From Podarcis filfolensis (Eukaryota): a stretch of DNA of 64,000 nucleotides. Below are positions 1 through 13,800 of this stretch, one piece after another. Each line of letters opens with the position of its first letter. Within the stretch, counting starts at the first letter, position 1. The notes beneath the pieces were generated by a model. That model had not been told where the DNA came from and did no database searches. It saw nothing but the letters and a program-made list of their open reading frames with translations. The stretch lies in assembly GCA_964270895.1 (NCBI GenBank), contig OZ185436.1; one strand, 5' to 3'. The translations under genes were made by a program, and so were the position numbers.

Positions 1-1289
1 ACGCTTACTGCCTGGCGTTCCAGTGCAGGCAAAGATGAATGATGGCAGAGGGAAGGGCACCCAGTGATGTCACAAATGTAGCAGTTCAGAGAGAAGATGG
101 CGTAAGAGAGAAAAGGCGGCAGTGTCCTCTCCAGACATATACACACAACAAAGTCCATGTTTGATTTGGACTGGAGCTTTGCAAAGGCTTTGAATCTCTT
201 TTCAGTTCAGCCGTCAAGAATGACATTTGTGATTATGGTGATTATGTTTCTGAGTATGCCAGGACACATTGGTCCCTGAGCATGTATGGAGTGATGATAG
301 CAAACCCCAGGCATGTCTTTTTCTTATTACATGTTGTGAACATGTCAAAAACCACTTTTGTATTTTATGTGAGTGCACTTCTAGATCATCCTGAAGCACA
401 GATATGAAGCAGAGCATTTGTTGATGTTGGCACTGCAGACATGAGCAGAGGAAACACTCGCACAATAGTAACTTAGAATATTACTTGAGAGAGAGAGATA
501 GTAATCGTTTGTTTGGGATATCTGTTACTGACCTGATAGATCTGTGTGGTGGGGACCCACTGACTGCAAGGCTATTTCAATAGCAGAGATGTCCGCAACT
601 ACTCCTGAGAATGATCTACTGTGTCCAGGATCTACTGGACACTGTTTTTGAATCCAGTTCATTTCAATGGTTTTTGCATTGGAATAATGTTTGAAATCAT
701 GAGCAGGGTATCTTGTATGCGAATAGTGACATACAAATTTAAATCATAGCATTAGCAATTCTTAGCACTTTTCCTGTCTCAAGCACGGAGTAACAGGTTT
801 CAGTAAGACTCCCAAATATATGTTTTAAGATTGCATCCTTTCACTGCAATTCATAGTATGGTACAGCTAAGAAATCGAATTCTTAGGGTGTGTAGTTAGT
901 TGGGCTACTAGCCTATCATAACGAAAGGAACAATGCCTATCTGTGTTGTAAATACTGTCATTCAGTTGAACCTATTAGTTTTATTTAGGCTAAATAAATT
1001 CGATTTATGGACTTTCCTTCATACATTCAGTTGTGGTGACTAAAGGTAGAAATCACCTTGCAGAAGCCCATTAAAATGAAATAGGAGCACCACTGCCCTC
1101 TTTTGTTGCTCTTAATCATTGCAATGGCATTTATGCAGGTGAGCTTCCCAGTGTATTTGTGCTAAACAGAATTCCAGGCAAAGAGACTGAAAGCTCATTT
1201 TTACTGCATATTCTTAAAAGGTGGTGTGGCTGTGAGAGGGTAGGGCTGTGACTATCATAAAAGGACCCTGCACTTCTGAATTTGGCACT

Positions 1290-1552
1290 AAGCTACTGCC
1301 GCTACTCAAACTGCACGGGATGAGACTCCAAAGGGGCAGCAGATGCGGGAGCATGTGAATTTCATGCTGGAATTTGTGGAGCATCTGAGAAGAACAGGGG
1401 AGGAACTGAAAGATAATAATTCAGCAGCCCTATTGCTGCACAGTCTTGCTGAATCATACAGGGCCCTGGGTTGTGCTGCACAAAGGAAGGAAATTGGTGT
1501 AATGACCCCTGAATCTATCTGTGACGTAGATACTGAGTCAGAGCCTGCAGGG
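1290..1552 (+). mobile_element. Ty1/copia gag (UBN2 / Retrotran_gag_2-like) remnant, copy 1
   Basis: LKLHGMRLQRG + frameshift + QMREHVNFMLEFVEHLRRTGEELKDNNSAALLLHSLAESYRAL resembles copia gag (KLY.M.L.EG..M.EH.N....LV..L...G..L.D......LLL.SLP.SY..L). Confidence 0.6.
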
Positions 1553-1732
1553 CAGTGGCGTAGCGTGGGTTGTCAGCACCCGGGGCAAGGCAAGTAATTT
1601 GCGCCCCCTAACCCGTGGATTTGCGCCCCCTAACCCGTGGATTTGCGCCCCCTAACCCATGGATTTGCCCTAACCCCAGATGTTGCGCCCGGTGCGGCCC
1701 GCCCCCCCTGCACCCCCCACGCTACGCCACTG
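1553..1732. mobile_element. Non-autonomous hAT MITE with internal 22-bp minisatellite
   Basis: TIR CAGTGGCGTAGCGTGGG / CCCACGCTACGCCACTG; perfect 8-bp TSD CTGCAGGG (1545-52, 1733-40); internal (TTTGCGCCCCCTAACCCGTGGA)x3.6 at 1598-1677. Confidence 0.9.
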
Positions 1733-3351
1733 CTGCAGGGTGAGCAGATGCTGCACTAGGTCAACTTCAGGGATCAGAGTTGACTGCTGAAGATAGGAAG
1801 GCCACTGAGGCTGTTGGACAGGAACCCAAGAGGAACCTCCCACACAATTATTCAGCCGTAGTGCCATCTCTTTTCCAGATCACCATTCGGGTACCTGGGT
1901 TCAACAACACATAAGTATTTATCTCAGAAATTCCCACAATCCCAGCCACATTTCCAAATGCAGGCTGCAAGGGTACATTGCTATGGAAAGCTGGTGCAAC
2001 ACTCAGCAGGCGTGCTGTGGCCCCAGCTCATGCTGCTGGAATCCTCCCCAAGTTGCTATCCAGAGAATGGCAAAAACCGTTTATTGTGCTAATCATTCTG
2101 ATTTTCCCAAAATACACCTCAAGAAAAAAAAAGATGGCTACTTATACTGTTGGATAGCCAAAATGATTTCTTCTCTTAAATGACAAAACAATTTAAACTG
2201 CAAGTATTGTTGCGACTGCACATTAGAAAACACAAAGAACATGAGAGTCTCACCTAAGGCATTTCATGTTCACTTTTGGGCATTGCTCGAAAGCCTTGTC
2301 TTTGATAGCTCAAAGGAAATGTCTGTTAGGGCACACTTCCAAGAAACAAAGGGTGGCAACAGCATTATTTGCTTAGGGTAGGAACAAATATTCTGCCAAA
2401 CAACAGAACAACAGAATCCTGATCAAGAAGAGAAAATTAAGAAAAGTTCCAGGAAACAAGAAACAAAGGCATGCTATGCCTAATAAGCTACTAAATGAGC
2501 CTACCCTGTTTCAGTCATCATGTTAGATTAAATACAAAAAACACCAGAAATTTAATTCATTTATAGCAACATTTAACAGGGTGTGCTTTTGTTATGGTAC
2601 ATGCAGTTTTGTATTTTTATGCTGACGTGTCTCTTCTTCAGCCAGTGGAACCATGTTTTCAGTACTGTCAAGGACAACATCCAGATCACTTCTGAAATAT
2701 TTTACTTTGAGGGATACTTACGAAAGAAAAAATTTAAATAATGAAAATAAAATAAACACTTTCTAAGTCAGAAAACAGTTTGAATCATTGTGAACAAGTT
2801 GCTTGAGGGTTTTTGTTTCTAAATTCACATTTGAATGAGCTCTAGATAGAGTGAACACCAGGACTCGAATACAACTCACTGTCCCTAAATAGTTTGGGCT
2901 CAAGGACAGGCAGTAAAATTTACCACCTATGCCCCCCGTACACAAACACATATACAAACAGCAGATTTCGATAGTTCATAATGCCTTGCATTGAGATTAT
3001 ACACACTGTACCCATGCAAAACAATGTACCTCTCTTACTAACTCTAAATACCTGAGAGTAAGCCTGCAAGGAAGCCCATTACAAAAGGGCATTTGCTTCT
3101 GCATTGCTTCAGGCAGTGGCAGGAATGAAAAGGGGAAGAGGCAGGGTGCTGCTTGCCAACATGTGCCAGTCCAGGCCTGAACCCATCCTTCAGGTATAGC
3201 AGAGCACCCAGTGGCTTCAATTTGATGATGTGGCTGGGAGGGAGCCTTGTGACTGGACGTCACTGAAGAACAACTGGCACATTTCCATCTGCATAAGAGC
3301 TGCCCTGAGCATGTGATTCCTTCCATGTGGGGCCTTCCATGCTCAGTGACC

Positions 3352-3390
3352 TTTATAACTACAGGGAAAGCCTGTTGTAACATTTATAGA
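3352..3390 (+). promoter_or_regulatory. TATA-like boxes upstream of the AprA-like gene
   Basis: TTTATAA at about 3352 and TTTATAG at about 3384, 115-150 nt upstream of the ATG; the first is retained in the duplicate at about 20753. Confidence 0.3.
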
Positions 3391-3502
3391 GGGAACTGCT
3401 CTGTAGAAAAGCTCTGGTGTGTGCTGCCAACCTACCTGTTGGTTAGTGTGATGTGAAGCAACTGGGACAACTGCCAGCAGGACACAGTCAAGTGACTGGA
3501 CT

Positions 3503-3692
3503 ATGTATGCTGCTGTCTCCCTTCTCCTATTGACCACTTGCCTGCCCTCAGGATGGATGGTGAAGCAGAAGGCCCTGGATGACTACGTCAAGCAGCATGA
3601 CCCTCACTACAGCTACACCCTGAAGAACAAGGAGGACAGGCCAGATGTCACCATCTATACCCTCAACATGACCTCCCTGAAGTGGTTGGATG
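3503..3692 (+). CDS. AprA/PqaA-like exon 1 (signal peptide; MYAAVSLLLL...LNMTSLKWLD)
   Basis: ATG at 3503; donor GTGAGA at 3693; phase 1. Confidence 0.88.
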
Positions 3693-6600
3693 GTGAGAGC
3701 AGAGAATGGCAGTTTTTCGCTTGCCCTTTTCATTTGAGGAGGATGAGAAAGAGCGGGAAGGAAGCCTAACGTGATATGGAGGCTTCTAGATGGGTGTGAT
3801 CTGCTCTGTGGGAAGTAAGGAAACGTGAGGAGGAGGAGCTACAGGCCTAGTCTCCCTGTGGCTGGCTAGAAAAGGGAGCATGGTCACTTCCCCAGCCTTT
3901 GGGGAAAACATAGTTCTTAGGTAGAGCTCAAGACATAGGTCCAAGCAGGAAATAGAATCTCTTTAAAGTGGTTAATTCGCACAAATTATTAAGGTTGGAA
4001 TTAGAAAACTTTGTAAGGTCAAGGTCTGATAAAAGGGTGAAGTTGTCCTGTCTGAGAATGTAATGAAGAAGAAATGATCCACCATCTACAGAACAACTGC
4101 AGGGCAATTGGAAGCTAAGCTTTAATTCATGCAAAGGTTTGTGTTGGGTCATTTGACTTTCTTGGGCCAGCAGCATTCTCCTACCAAATTTCTCCATATC
4201 CCAGACACTTCCAAAATCTGCCCACAAGGAATTGTTCACTTCAGAGCCCAATCCAACATGAAATGTTTTCACATATTGCTGCATCTTGCTTGAGCATGAG
4301 GAACAAGATACATGCCCCAACCTCCAGTCATACTGACCCTTTATCGGGGGATTTTCCTGACTGCTTTTATGATGACTCTTTTTTTACTTAGTGCATGGTT
4401 CTTTTGGTGCAGATTCCCGTGTGAATCAGTACATTGTTCTTACTGTTATCTGCAGGAGTGGCTCAACCATCCCTTTCCATTTCCCTTCCTTCCATGCTCC
4501 ATTTTTTGAGCTACGATTCATGGGGTTGATGGGATTTGGAATCTAACAACATCCCTGCCCAAATTGGTGGGGCTGGTGACCTTCCTTTCGCTTCATATGT
4601 CCTAACCCTGTGTGTGTGTGTGATTTCTCTACTATTAGATAAATATCAGTTATGTTTCTGTGTATCCATTCAGAATCTGAAGTGGATGCAACAGTTTGGT
4701 GGCATGAACTGACCATTGTTGTCCCCCGAAACCCCAAAATGATGAGCTTGTGTTTGCTGATGATTGGGAATGGAAGAAATGATGATGTCCCTCAACCCAT
4801 GGACTTAAGGGTTGATGAAGCCATTATGACAGCAAAATCTGCTGGGTTGTAAGTAGCCGGAAGAATCACTGAGAAATGATTATGACATCAACTCTGCTTT
4901 GTTAACACTGTTAAAGAAATTAGTAGCCCTACTAGAATAGAGAACTGTGAAGCAGATGTTTAATGGTAATCTAATCCAATTCACTGTATTCAAGAAAGTT
5001 TATTTATGCTTATTTCTTGGGTTATCTGCCTCTCAGCTCCCCAGTACATATGTACAAATTATGACCAAGATGTTTCTTGAACTCTTTGTCACACATACTC
5101 AGATAGGGCATTCAAATCATTTAAGAAACTATGACCATGATTTACTGTTAATTAAAATGGCAGCAAAAGAACAGGAAATTAATTTCAGTTTGCTCTTCTC
5201 TGAACTGCTGTAATAGTGTGTCTTGATTTTAGCAAATTTTATGACTAGCCCCAAAGCCACCCAGAGCTGTTGGCTCTGGTTGCTTTGGCATCATTGCCTG
5301 TCAATCATAGAGCGTATTTGCTTGTGTTGATGTTATTTTCAAAGAAGCATGAAGCACTTTCACAGCTATTGCAGAACAGATACTAATGACTAATACTTCG
5401 CTTTGTCTCTGAAGTTGCACAGCTATTTTGAGGCAGATCCCAAACCAGCCAATTACCTACCACGTAAGTGCTCTTCCCACACTCTTTCATACTCTTATGT
5501 GTGTCCACAGAATGAATTGATTGGGTGTAGGGATGTTCACATCTGACAGTTTTGATTTCTCTCTGTTTCTCATCCACCCACCCACTCAATCAAATCTAAA
5601 GTTCAGTTCTCCACAATTACGCACCCGCCTATGGAATTCTTTTAGGGGCTTGTGAAGTTTCATCACTATTTTAGGAAAATTTCTCCTAATAAGCACATTT
5701 TGTGTGTGTAATTTCCCCTAATGTACACATTTTTGCAAGCACTTCCCCTAATATTACGCATTTTAGATGTTATTTTTTCCTAATACATCATTTACTTATT
5801 ATTAGTTTCCTTCCACACACATACCTCTAGGCAATTTACAGTAAACCAGGTAAAAAACAAAAACAACACAATAAGCAGGGGATATATTTTAAACATATGC
5901 ACACACCAGTCCAAAATAGACACCCATAGCTAAAGACCGATTCATCCAACGGGGAAAAGCAGTTGGAACAAAAATGTCTCCAATAGTTTGTAGAAAGTGC
6001 AGATAGTGAGCTGTCCCTGCTCTGTGGAACAGAATTCCTGCTGGGATACAGCACACACCCGCTCTTTGAACCTTCCACAAACAATGGAAGACATTTTTGT
6101 TTAGATACACTTTTCCAGCTGGATGAAATAGTCTCTGCCATAGATGGTTTATGTTGAATTGTTCTCAAATTTATCACCAGGCTGTTCTTATTTTGTATGG
6201 GTTTTTAAAGCAGCTACATGTTTGTAAATTGCCTTGCTACATGCATTGAAGGATATGCAAAAATAAACAAAAATGCAAAAATAAACAAAGAGAATAGCAC
6301 ATGCACATTTGTGTGTGCATTATTTTGCTGGCATACTGCATCGTGAAATCTGCGTGGACAGGTGTGTTTCATTTCACATACTGCTTCAGACAACACAAAT
6401 GAGGGACACTCACGCTAAAACGCAAGCTGGTTTGAATTTCTCCCTTATCCCTCACTGGTATTGTTTTCCAAATAAAACATTTGTATTTCACTTTTGATAT
6501 ATTGATCCTCATTCTGTCAAGCAGAATCACTCAACCTGTAACAGAACTGAACGAACACATTGCTATGCTAGAGTAATAGATCATGGCAGTTCTCATTCCA

Positions 6601-9600
6601 CCTGGTATGAGAACTAGGACAGGCCTATCATGCTGTTCTAGGGGACCAGATGGGAGGCCTCAACCAAAAACTTTGATCTGTTTTGCTTCTAGAAAATCCC
6701 TATGCAAGAATGCAAGAATGGCATTGAAGATTATGCTGTTTTTTGTTCATGGCGGAAGTTCATAATTGACAAGATGGCACAGCCAGATGTGCTGATTCAG
6801 TTCCCAATGGTCAAGGTAACTCTGGCTTCTTCCTTCTTTCTGGATTGGTGGACAGACACTGCCAACATTCAGAAACATGTTCTGCTTGTTCCCATCAATG
6901 CAGTGATGCTAGAAGAGTTTTTTTAAAGGTTTCTTAAGCTTTAAGAAAAAGCTTAATAGCAGCATGGGATCATTCTTTAGAGGAATTGGGGGCGGGGGTT
7001 GGGAGGGAGGGTAGGAGGGAGGAGAGTCCCCCTTGTGCTGCTCAGCTGACTGGGGAACAGCTGAGAGTGGTGAAAAAGGGTGTCGGACTCCAGAATAAAG
7101 TTGATCTTTATTCTAAGGCGCCCCCCCCCATTTTTCCTACTGCTTGGCTGAGCCATGGGAAGGTATACTGTACTGTCAACCATGTAAGATTAGGCACTGG
7201 CCCAGAAGCAGCCTGGGAAGTGCAGGTTGTACAGTTCTGAACAGGAAATAGGAAAAAAGGCACGTTTCATGGAGACTATGCATATAGACTAGAGAATCTA
7301 CATATGCCCAGAAAATGTGCGAAATGAAGTCAAGATACATACATTTTCAACGGCCTGTTTGGGATTATGCATAATGGCCAGATAATGTTCAAAATTTAGC
7401 TGAAGATATGAACATTTTGCAAAGCCTATTAGGGATTATGTATAATTGCCAGTGATATACAAAATTCACTCGATATATGCACATTTCCTTGGCCTTGCTG
7501 GAAATTATGTGTGATGATCACAAATTCTGCACAATTCCCTCTTCATTGAAGGATTGTGTGCATATTCGGCTTGAGACCTGACAAATGAGCACAGTGTTGC
7601 AAAGAACTAAACACAAAATATATCAGAGTGTGAAATTAATTCATTTTGTTTCTAGGAGAACGATTTGTAAAAAATATCAGTTAGCTGATGAGTGCTGATC
7701 CTTACATCGGCACACTGTGTGTACCCTCAGTATTGCCTTTGCAAAATATAGGGTGCCCCTGTTAAAGCTCTGAAGACAAACCTCCTTGTGATGGCACTGT
7801 GACTATGCCATTCTAACAATAAAGTATCCTCAGACTCTTTGCAAGTATGTCCTTTGCGTTCCAGAGGCTGTAATCCTTTTGTCTTGTCTTCAGGCCACTG
7901 TGCGGGCCATGGACACCATAACAGCGTTCTTACAGAAAGAATCTGCTGGAAAGATGAACATTGCCAAGTTCATGTTGACAGGTGGTTCCAAGGTAGGTAT
8001 GAAGGTCTGTGCTGCTTTGCTTTCCATGTATGTAACTCATCAGTTGCATGATCCTCCTTGTTTTCTTCTCGTTCCCAGTGCACCTTCCCAACCTCATTCT
8101 TTTTTTCTCTTTTTGGCAGCGTGGCTGGACTAGCTGGCTTGCGGCAGCTGTGGATGAAAGAGTTGTGTCCTTTGCTCCACTTGTATTTGATCTTTTGAAT
8201 ATCATTAAGGTGAGAATCCAGTTTCTTCACAGTAAAGTAAAGAAGAGTAAAGAACAACAAGACTGTACAAAGGGCAATGCGCTACGTGTGTGTAGTAATT
8301 CTCCATTCTACAGGATTTCAAGTACCGTATTTTTTGCTCTATAAGACTCACTTTTTCCCTCCTAAAAAGTAAGGGGAAATGTGTGTGCGTCTTATGGAGC
8401 GAATGCAGGCTGCGCAGCTATCCCAGAAGCCAGAACAGCAAGAGGGATTGCTGCTTTCACTGCGCAGCGATCCCTCTTGCTGTTCTGGCTTCTGAGATTC
8501 AGAATATTTTTTTTTCCCTCCTCCCAAAACTAGGTGCGTCTTGTGGTCTGGTGCGTCTTAAAGGGCGAAAAATATGGCACTTTGGCACTTGCTGTATGGA
8601 AAGTCTTAATGTGCACAGAGAACTCACTTCTGGCTGCTTTGCTTCAGAGCTGGCATCATCAATACCGAGCGTACTGTGGCTGGACATTTGCATGGCGGCA
8701 CATACATGAACTGAAAATTACTCAGAAGTTGGACACTCCGCGGTTCAAGATATTAACTTCGCATGTTGATCCACTTGGTGAGCGCTTCTTATGTTCTCAG
8801 ATTTCTCTGATAAATGATATGGTAGCAGAAGAAAGGATAGTTTTAGAAATAGAAGGAAAGGGCAATTTTGGTGGCGCTACAATGCACGCAACAAGCATGG
8901 AAGAGCATGGTGTTATGCAGAGGAATAGGGAATGGCTCGATCAAATGAAGTCTTTTCCACTTTGGTGTAGATCCATTATTTTGTCTGGGGTGGGGCAGGG
9001 TGAGTGGAGCAAGTAAGCAGTCAAGCTAGTCACTGATTAGACACTTTTGCACGCTGTCCTTCAACAGCCTGCCTTGAGTAAGTGTTCACTCCCTTGCTGT
9101 CTTCCCCCACTCCAAACTTCCAACTCCTTTTCTTCTTCCTCTCTCATTTCTCCACTCCCCCTTCCTCTGCCTCTCCACATTTCTTCCTCTAGCAGCCAAT
9201 TACCGGCTTTGTCAAGCTACAACAGCCACTTACTTAAGTGGTATACAAATTTTGTTAAATAAAATAAGTTTCTGTTGTGGCATGTCATTAATTTTATATA
9301 ATCTGCAGACCTCATCTTTTGCATGACTGATTCTGGAAATCAAACGAATATGAGAACTGCAATTTCAGCATCTGTGTCCACTGGACAGAATTCTCCCACG
9401 TCCTTACATTCTGCCCCCTGAGTATATTCCACTCTTTAGGGATTTGTGGTTCTTACTCCATTCTACTTATTCTCTATTGCTTCTCTGCAGTCTTGCTACC
9501 CTTTTTATGATGATTTATGATAAAACAAGGTAGTAAAACAACCTGAGAACCATATGTTGGTCATTTCTAAAACAGTTAATTTTTCCATCCCCAGCATATA

Positions 9601-10722
9601 ACGAACGATACATAAACAAGCCCAAGTATCTAATCATAGCAGCAGGAGATGAATTCTTCCCTCTCGATGATTCCCACCATTTCTTCAATGAGCTATCAGG
9701 AGCAAAATATTTCCGGTGAGTTCATGCTGCTGCTCTCATTTTTCCTTTTACTATCAAACAGCAGCCCATGTTCCGCAAAACTACAACAAGCTAACTCATT
9801 CCGAGCCAAGAAAATCTGGATTCTAATCTGCATCAGTTACATGCATTTAAATGATAAAACCTTTTTTTGCTTAATTCTGTAATGTGTTACTGTTGTGCAA
9901 TAAATCTGCATAGTCTAATCAAGGATAATGGCAAGGAGCTGTGCAGAATACCAAAGCTTCACCCTTGATAACAGAAAACTTTAGTAGCTCCTGTGGCTTT
10001 TGAGACTTTACCGGGCACACCCCACACACTCCCAAGCATAGGACAGGATTCAGCTAACAAACACAACCAATGGAAGCCCACACAAGGACTTCCACTGGCA
10101 CAACAAGGTTTTCCCCCATTTCTGCACCCGCTTCCAGTTGGCTGGGGGGTTCAGGAGAACTCCTGGGACACAGGAGAGGAGATAAACAAACTTTCTTTGT
10201 TGGAGGAAGGGCAGAAGTGACCCAGGTTGTTAGGCAGTCAGTGGATGGTGTTATTAACCCACCTTTGTAATTAGAATGATAAACATGCAACCAGTGAACA
10301 AAATGCTAGTTCAGCCATCACTCCAGTTGACACTGCAATGTTTCTGATGAGTGTCTGCCACTTATTATTATTATCCACTGTGTTTCCATATCCCTCTGTC
10401 AATTTGCTTGTCATCTTACTAATTAAAAAGGATTAAAAAAAGAAGAAACCTGCAAAGCAGTTCGGCCCTCTGATGAGTTGAAACTCGATGACATAAAGGA
10501 CACCAACCAATGGGTTTTGCGCAAAGGCAGCTTTTGCTGTGTGGTTCAAATTAATCTATTCTTTCAAATTAATACGTTCAAATTAATCTATACTTTAAAA
10601 TGTTTACAATTGTCTTTACCCTCAGTAATTCCTGGCTTCATTTTTTTGAATCTCTCAAAGAACTCTGAAAGAAAAGCCGCCCAGAGTGGCTGGGGAAACC
10701 CAGCCAGATGGGCAGGGTATTA

Positions 10723-10766
<44 letters not shown>

Positions 10767-10774
10767 GGTTAGTA

Positions 10775-10807
<33 letters not shown>

Positions 10808-13800
10808 GACTTACCCTTGCAAAAGCCATGCTAGTTTTACTTCAATAAGTCTTGCTCTTTTATATGCTAATTCTATTTTTAATAAGGGTTTTCACCTAAT
10901 TTCACCTATTAACTGGCCTATTACTTCCTAGATCCCCTCTTGATTGCATTTTAAAAGTTGGTGTTACTTGGGCCCATTTGCATTCCTCAGACACGGAGAC
11001 AGGTCTTCGGAGCCAGTTAAATATTTTTGTTAGAAGAACAGCAATTTCACATTTGAGTTCTTTAAGAACTTTTTGGTGGGTAAAATCTGGTGATTTTCTG
11101 TTTGTAATTTGTCAGTAGAGCCTAGAACTTGGCTTCAGATCCCTGCTGCAAAATTCACAGAGGGTTTGAATTAGAATACTTCCCCCCCCGCCCCGCCACC
11201 TGTATATTTTTCTATATGTGTATATTCCAAAGAAGAAAAACCCAGAAAGAGTCAAATTTCTGTGATTAGAGGAAATATGTAATTGCTTTGTCTATTGCAA
11301 GGGAGCTATTATTTTAAAAACCTCTCTGTTGCTCTGCAGGGCCACCCCAAACAATGATCACTTGATGACACGGGACCCATCGATTAAAATATCAATTGCA
11401 ATGTCGGTTATAAGCTTTTTTCTTAGCACCATTTTGAATCTGAAAATGCCCCAAATTTCCTGGAAGAGAACCGAGGTGAGGAAAACTCATGTTGCAACAT
11501 AACTAATTCAGTCATGAGACTTGTTTTATTGTTTACTTCAAGCCATGGGTACACATAGCCTTTTAACTGATGAAAATCATAGTTTATCAAGGACACTCTG
11601 TTAAGCTCAAACTCACTAGGAAATTATCAGTATTATTGGAAGCTGGAAGCCTTGGCCAATGATCCAATAAATGACAGGAACATTATGACATTTGGCCATT
11701 TTCTGAGGTCACTTGGATGGTTTTGAGCTTTACTGGTACATATTAGAATATTATGACATTTCCTTCTGGCCTTTTAATGTTACATTCAGATACAGTGAAT
11801 ATTTAAATAGGCTCTATTAGTATATGTATATGAATATGCCCCTAGAGGCAAAACACAAAGAAAGGTTCTTAATTTCAATGAAATTGAAAGGTTCTTAATT
11901 TCAATGAAAGCTGTAGGTTGATTTCACACAGACTGTTTCCTGACACATGTTTCCAGTGGCGTAGCGTGGGTTGTCAGCACCCAGGGCAAGGCAAGTAATT
12001 TGCGCCCCCTAACCGCACCACACACCTGGCACACCCCCCCCCCCACAGTGGGCGGTGACCCGGCGGCTCGGATCAGATTCGCACAGCCAGCACTGCAGTG
12101 AGAGTGAGTGAGCCAGGTAGGGGCAGAGAGCTGCGAGTGAGAGCGCCCCCCCCCCAGATGTTGCGCCTGGTGCGGCTGGCCCCCCCTGCACCCCCCACGC
12201 TACGCCACTGCATGTTTCTATACTAGCCAGCTAATCAGGTGGCTGCTGTTGAAATGAGATCTTTGCGATCTACGTAGGAAGAACCATTGCACAGTGGTAT
12301 TTGCTTTGCATGTTGAAGGTCTTTGGTTTGATCCCTGATGTTTCCACATAGGCCTGGGAGAGAAACCTGCTTGTAATCACCGTAGACAACTGTTGCCAAT
12401 CAGTGTAGACAAAACTGAGGTAGATGGACCCAACGGTCTGACTCCGTATAAGGCAGCTGTTAAGTTGTGGGTGAACATATCAGACGACACAGCGATTCTT
12501 CCAAGCAGCTCTTTATTTGTAAGCTGGAACAGAACTGAGCTGAGGAGCTTAGTCAGCCTGCTTATATAGAGCTCCAGTGCCTTGTTACTGTAACAACTTT
12601 CTAAAACTATCCAATCACTGAACGTCACTTTCGATCCTTCATTTGCATAACTATCTACAGTGTCCCCCTGCTGGCCCAGGGTGAGAACTTCAGTACATAA
12701 CAGCAGCTTCCTATAGAAAACTTTCATGTAGCTGATAGAAGAAATGGATGATAGCTTGAGGAACGCTTGATATTTCTGTCCCATTCTCTCTTTTTCTAGA
12801 CAAAAGCTACAGGTATTATCGAGCTCTACACAGATATGGAGCCTTCAGCAGTTAAATGTTTCTTTTCTAACACTTTAGGCTCTGAAAGGTAGGATTTATT
12901 GTGTATGATTTATTAATACAAATATACAGAGTTGATATAAATATACGTACAAAGAATGGGACAATCTGTTAATCTCAGTTGTCTCTTTCTTAAATTCAGT
13001 TCTCCACATTTCTGCTGCATTTTGCAAATTACTGTTTTTTTAAAAATCCTCTGGAAAAATTGCCAGCATTTTTGTGTGCTTTTCTCTTAATCTCCACATT
13101 TATGTATGCCGTTTTGTCAAATATACATATTTTTGCAAACAATTCCCCCTAGTGCTTTTTTTGTTTCTTATTTTCACTAACCTATGCATTTATATACGCA
13201 CTTCACCCTAGCATTTCTGTGCACATTACTTGGCTTGAGAGCTGCACTTCAAACTTCGTAGACATGTGAATTTTGAAGGATGTCTGTGTTTTGGTTTCCA
13301 CATTATTTTTGAAAGTGTGACAATGGAGGTTCACTTTTAAATCTCTACAAAGAAGCCATTGGGGTGTTCCCTTCCCTAAAGCGTGCAGTATTTTCTCTCT
13401 GGCAAAAAAAAAGAAGAAAGCATTCTGAGTGCTTTTTGTGTCTGTGAACAGCTCCACAAAACATTATAGTTTTTATACTTTTATATGTTTTCAAACCTAC
13501 AAACAAGATTCATAAGGGAACTTTGTGGGTGGATTACTGAATATGCTCTAGAACTTTTGGAGTCAGGTTGATGGTATTGAAGAACCATCAGAATGCCTGA
13601 GTCATCTGAGTAGTAGACAAAGAGTATTTTTAATTGCTTAAACATAACGATCCCTTTTGCTTCAGTAAGTGAACTATTGCCTTGGCAGTGGTAAAGGTAA
13701 AGCTACTCCTGACCGTTAGGTCCAGTCGCGAACGACTCTGGGGTTGCAGCGTTCATCTCGCTCTAGAGTCCGAGGGAGGCGGCGTTTGTCCGCAGACAAC

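Noticed and set aside
1-879. Possible tail of a further upstream hydrolase paralog
   Set aside because: No last-exon or 3'UTR homology to 17521-18497 was recognisable by eye; it needs sequence beyond the window.
1598-1677. 22-bp direct repeats (CRISPR-like or telomeric array)
   Set aside because: Head-to-tail with no spacers, inside a MITE in a vertebrate genome; not CRISPR and not a (TTAGGG)n tract.
8534-9016. 160-aa ORF as a stand-alone gene
   Set aside because: Only 8648-8777 is exon 7 of the hydrolase; the rest is read-through into MITE and intron.
10478-10834. ORF with a long poly-Ile/Leu 'transmembrane' stretch
   Set aside because: Translation of the (ATT)n microsatellite tail of a LINE fragment.
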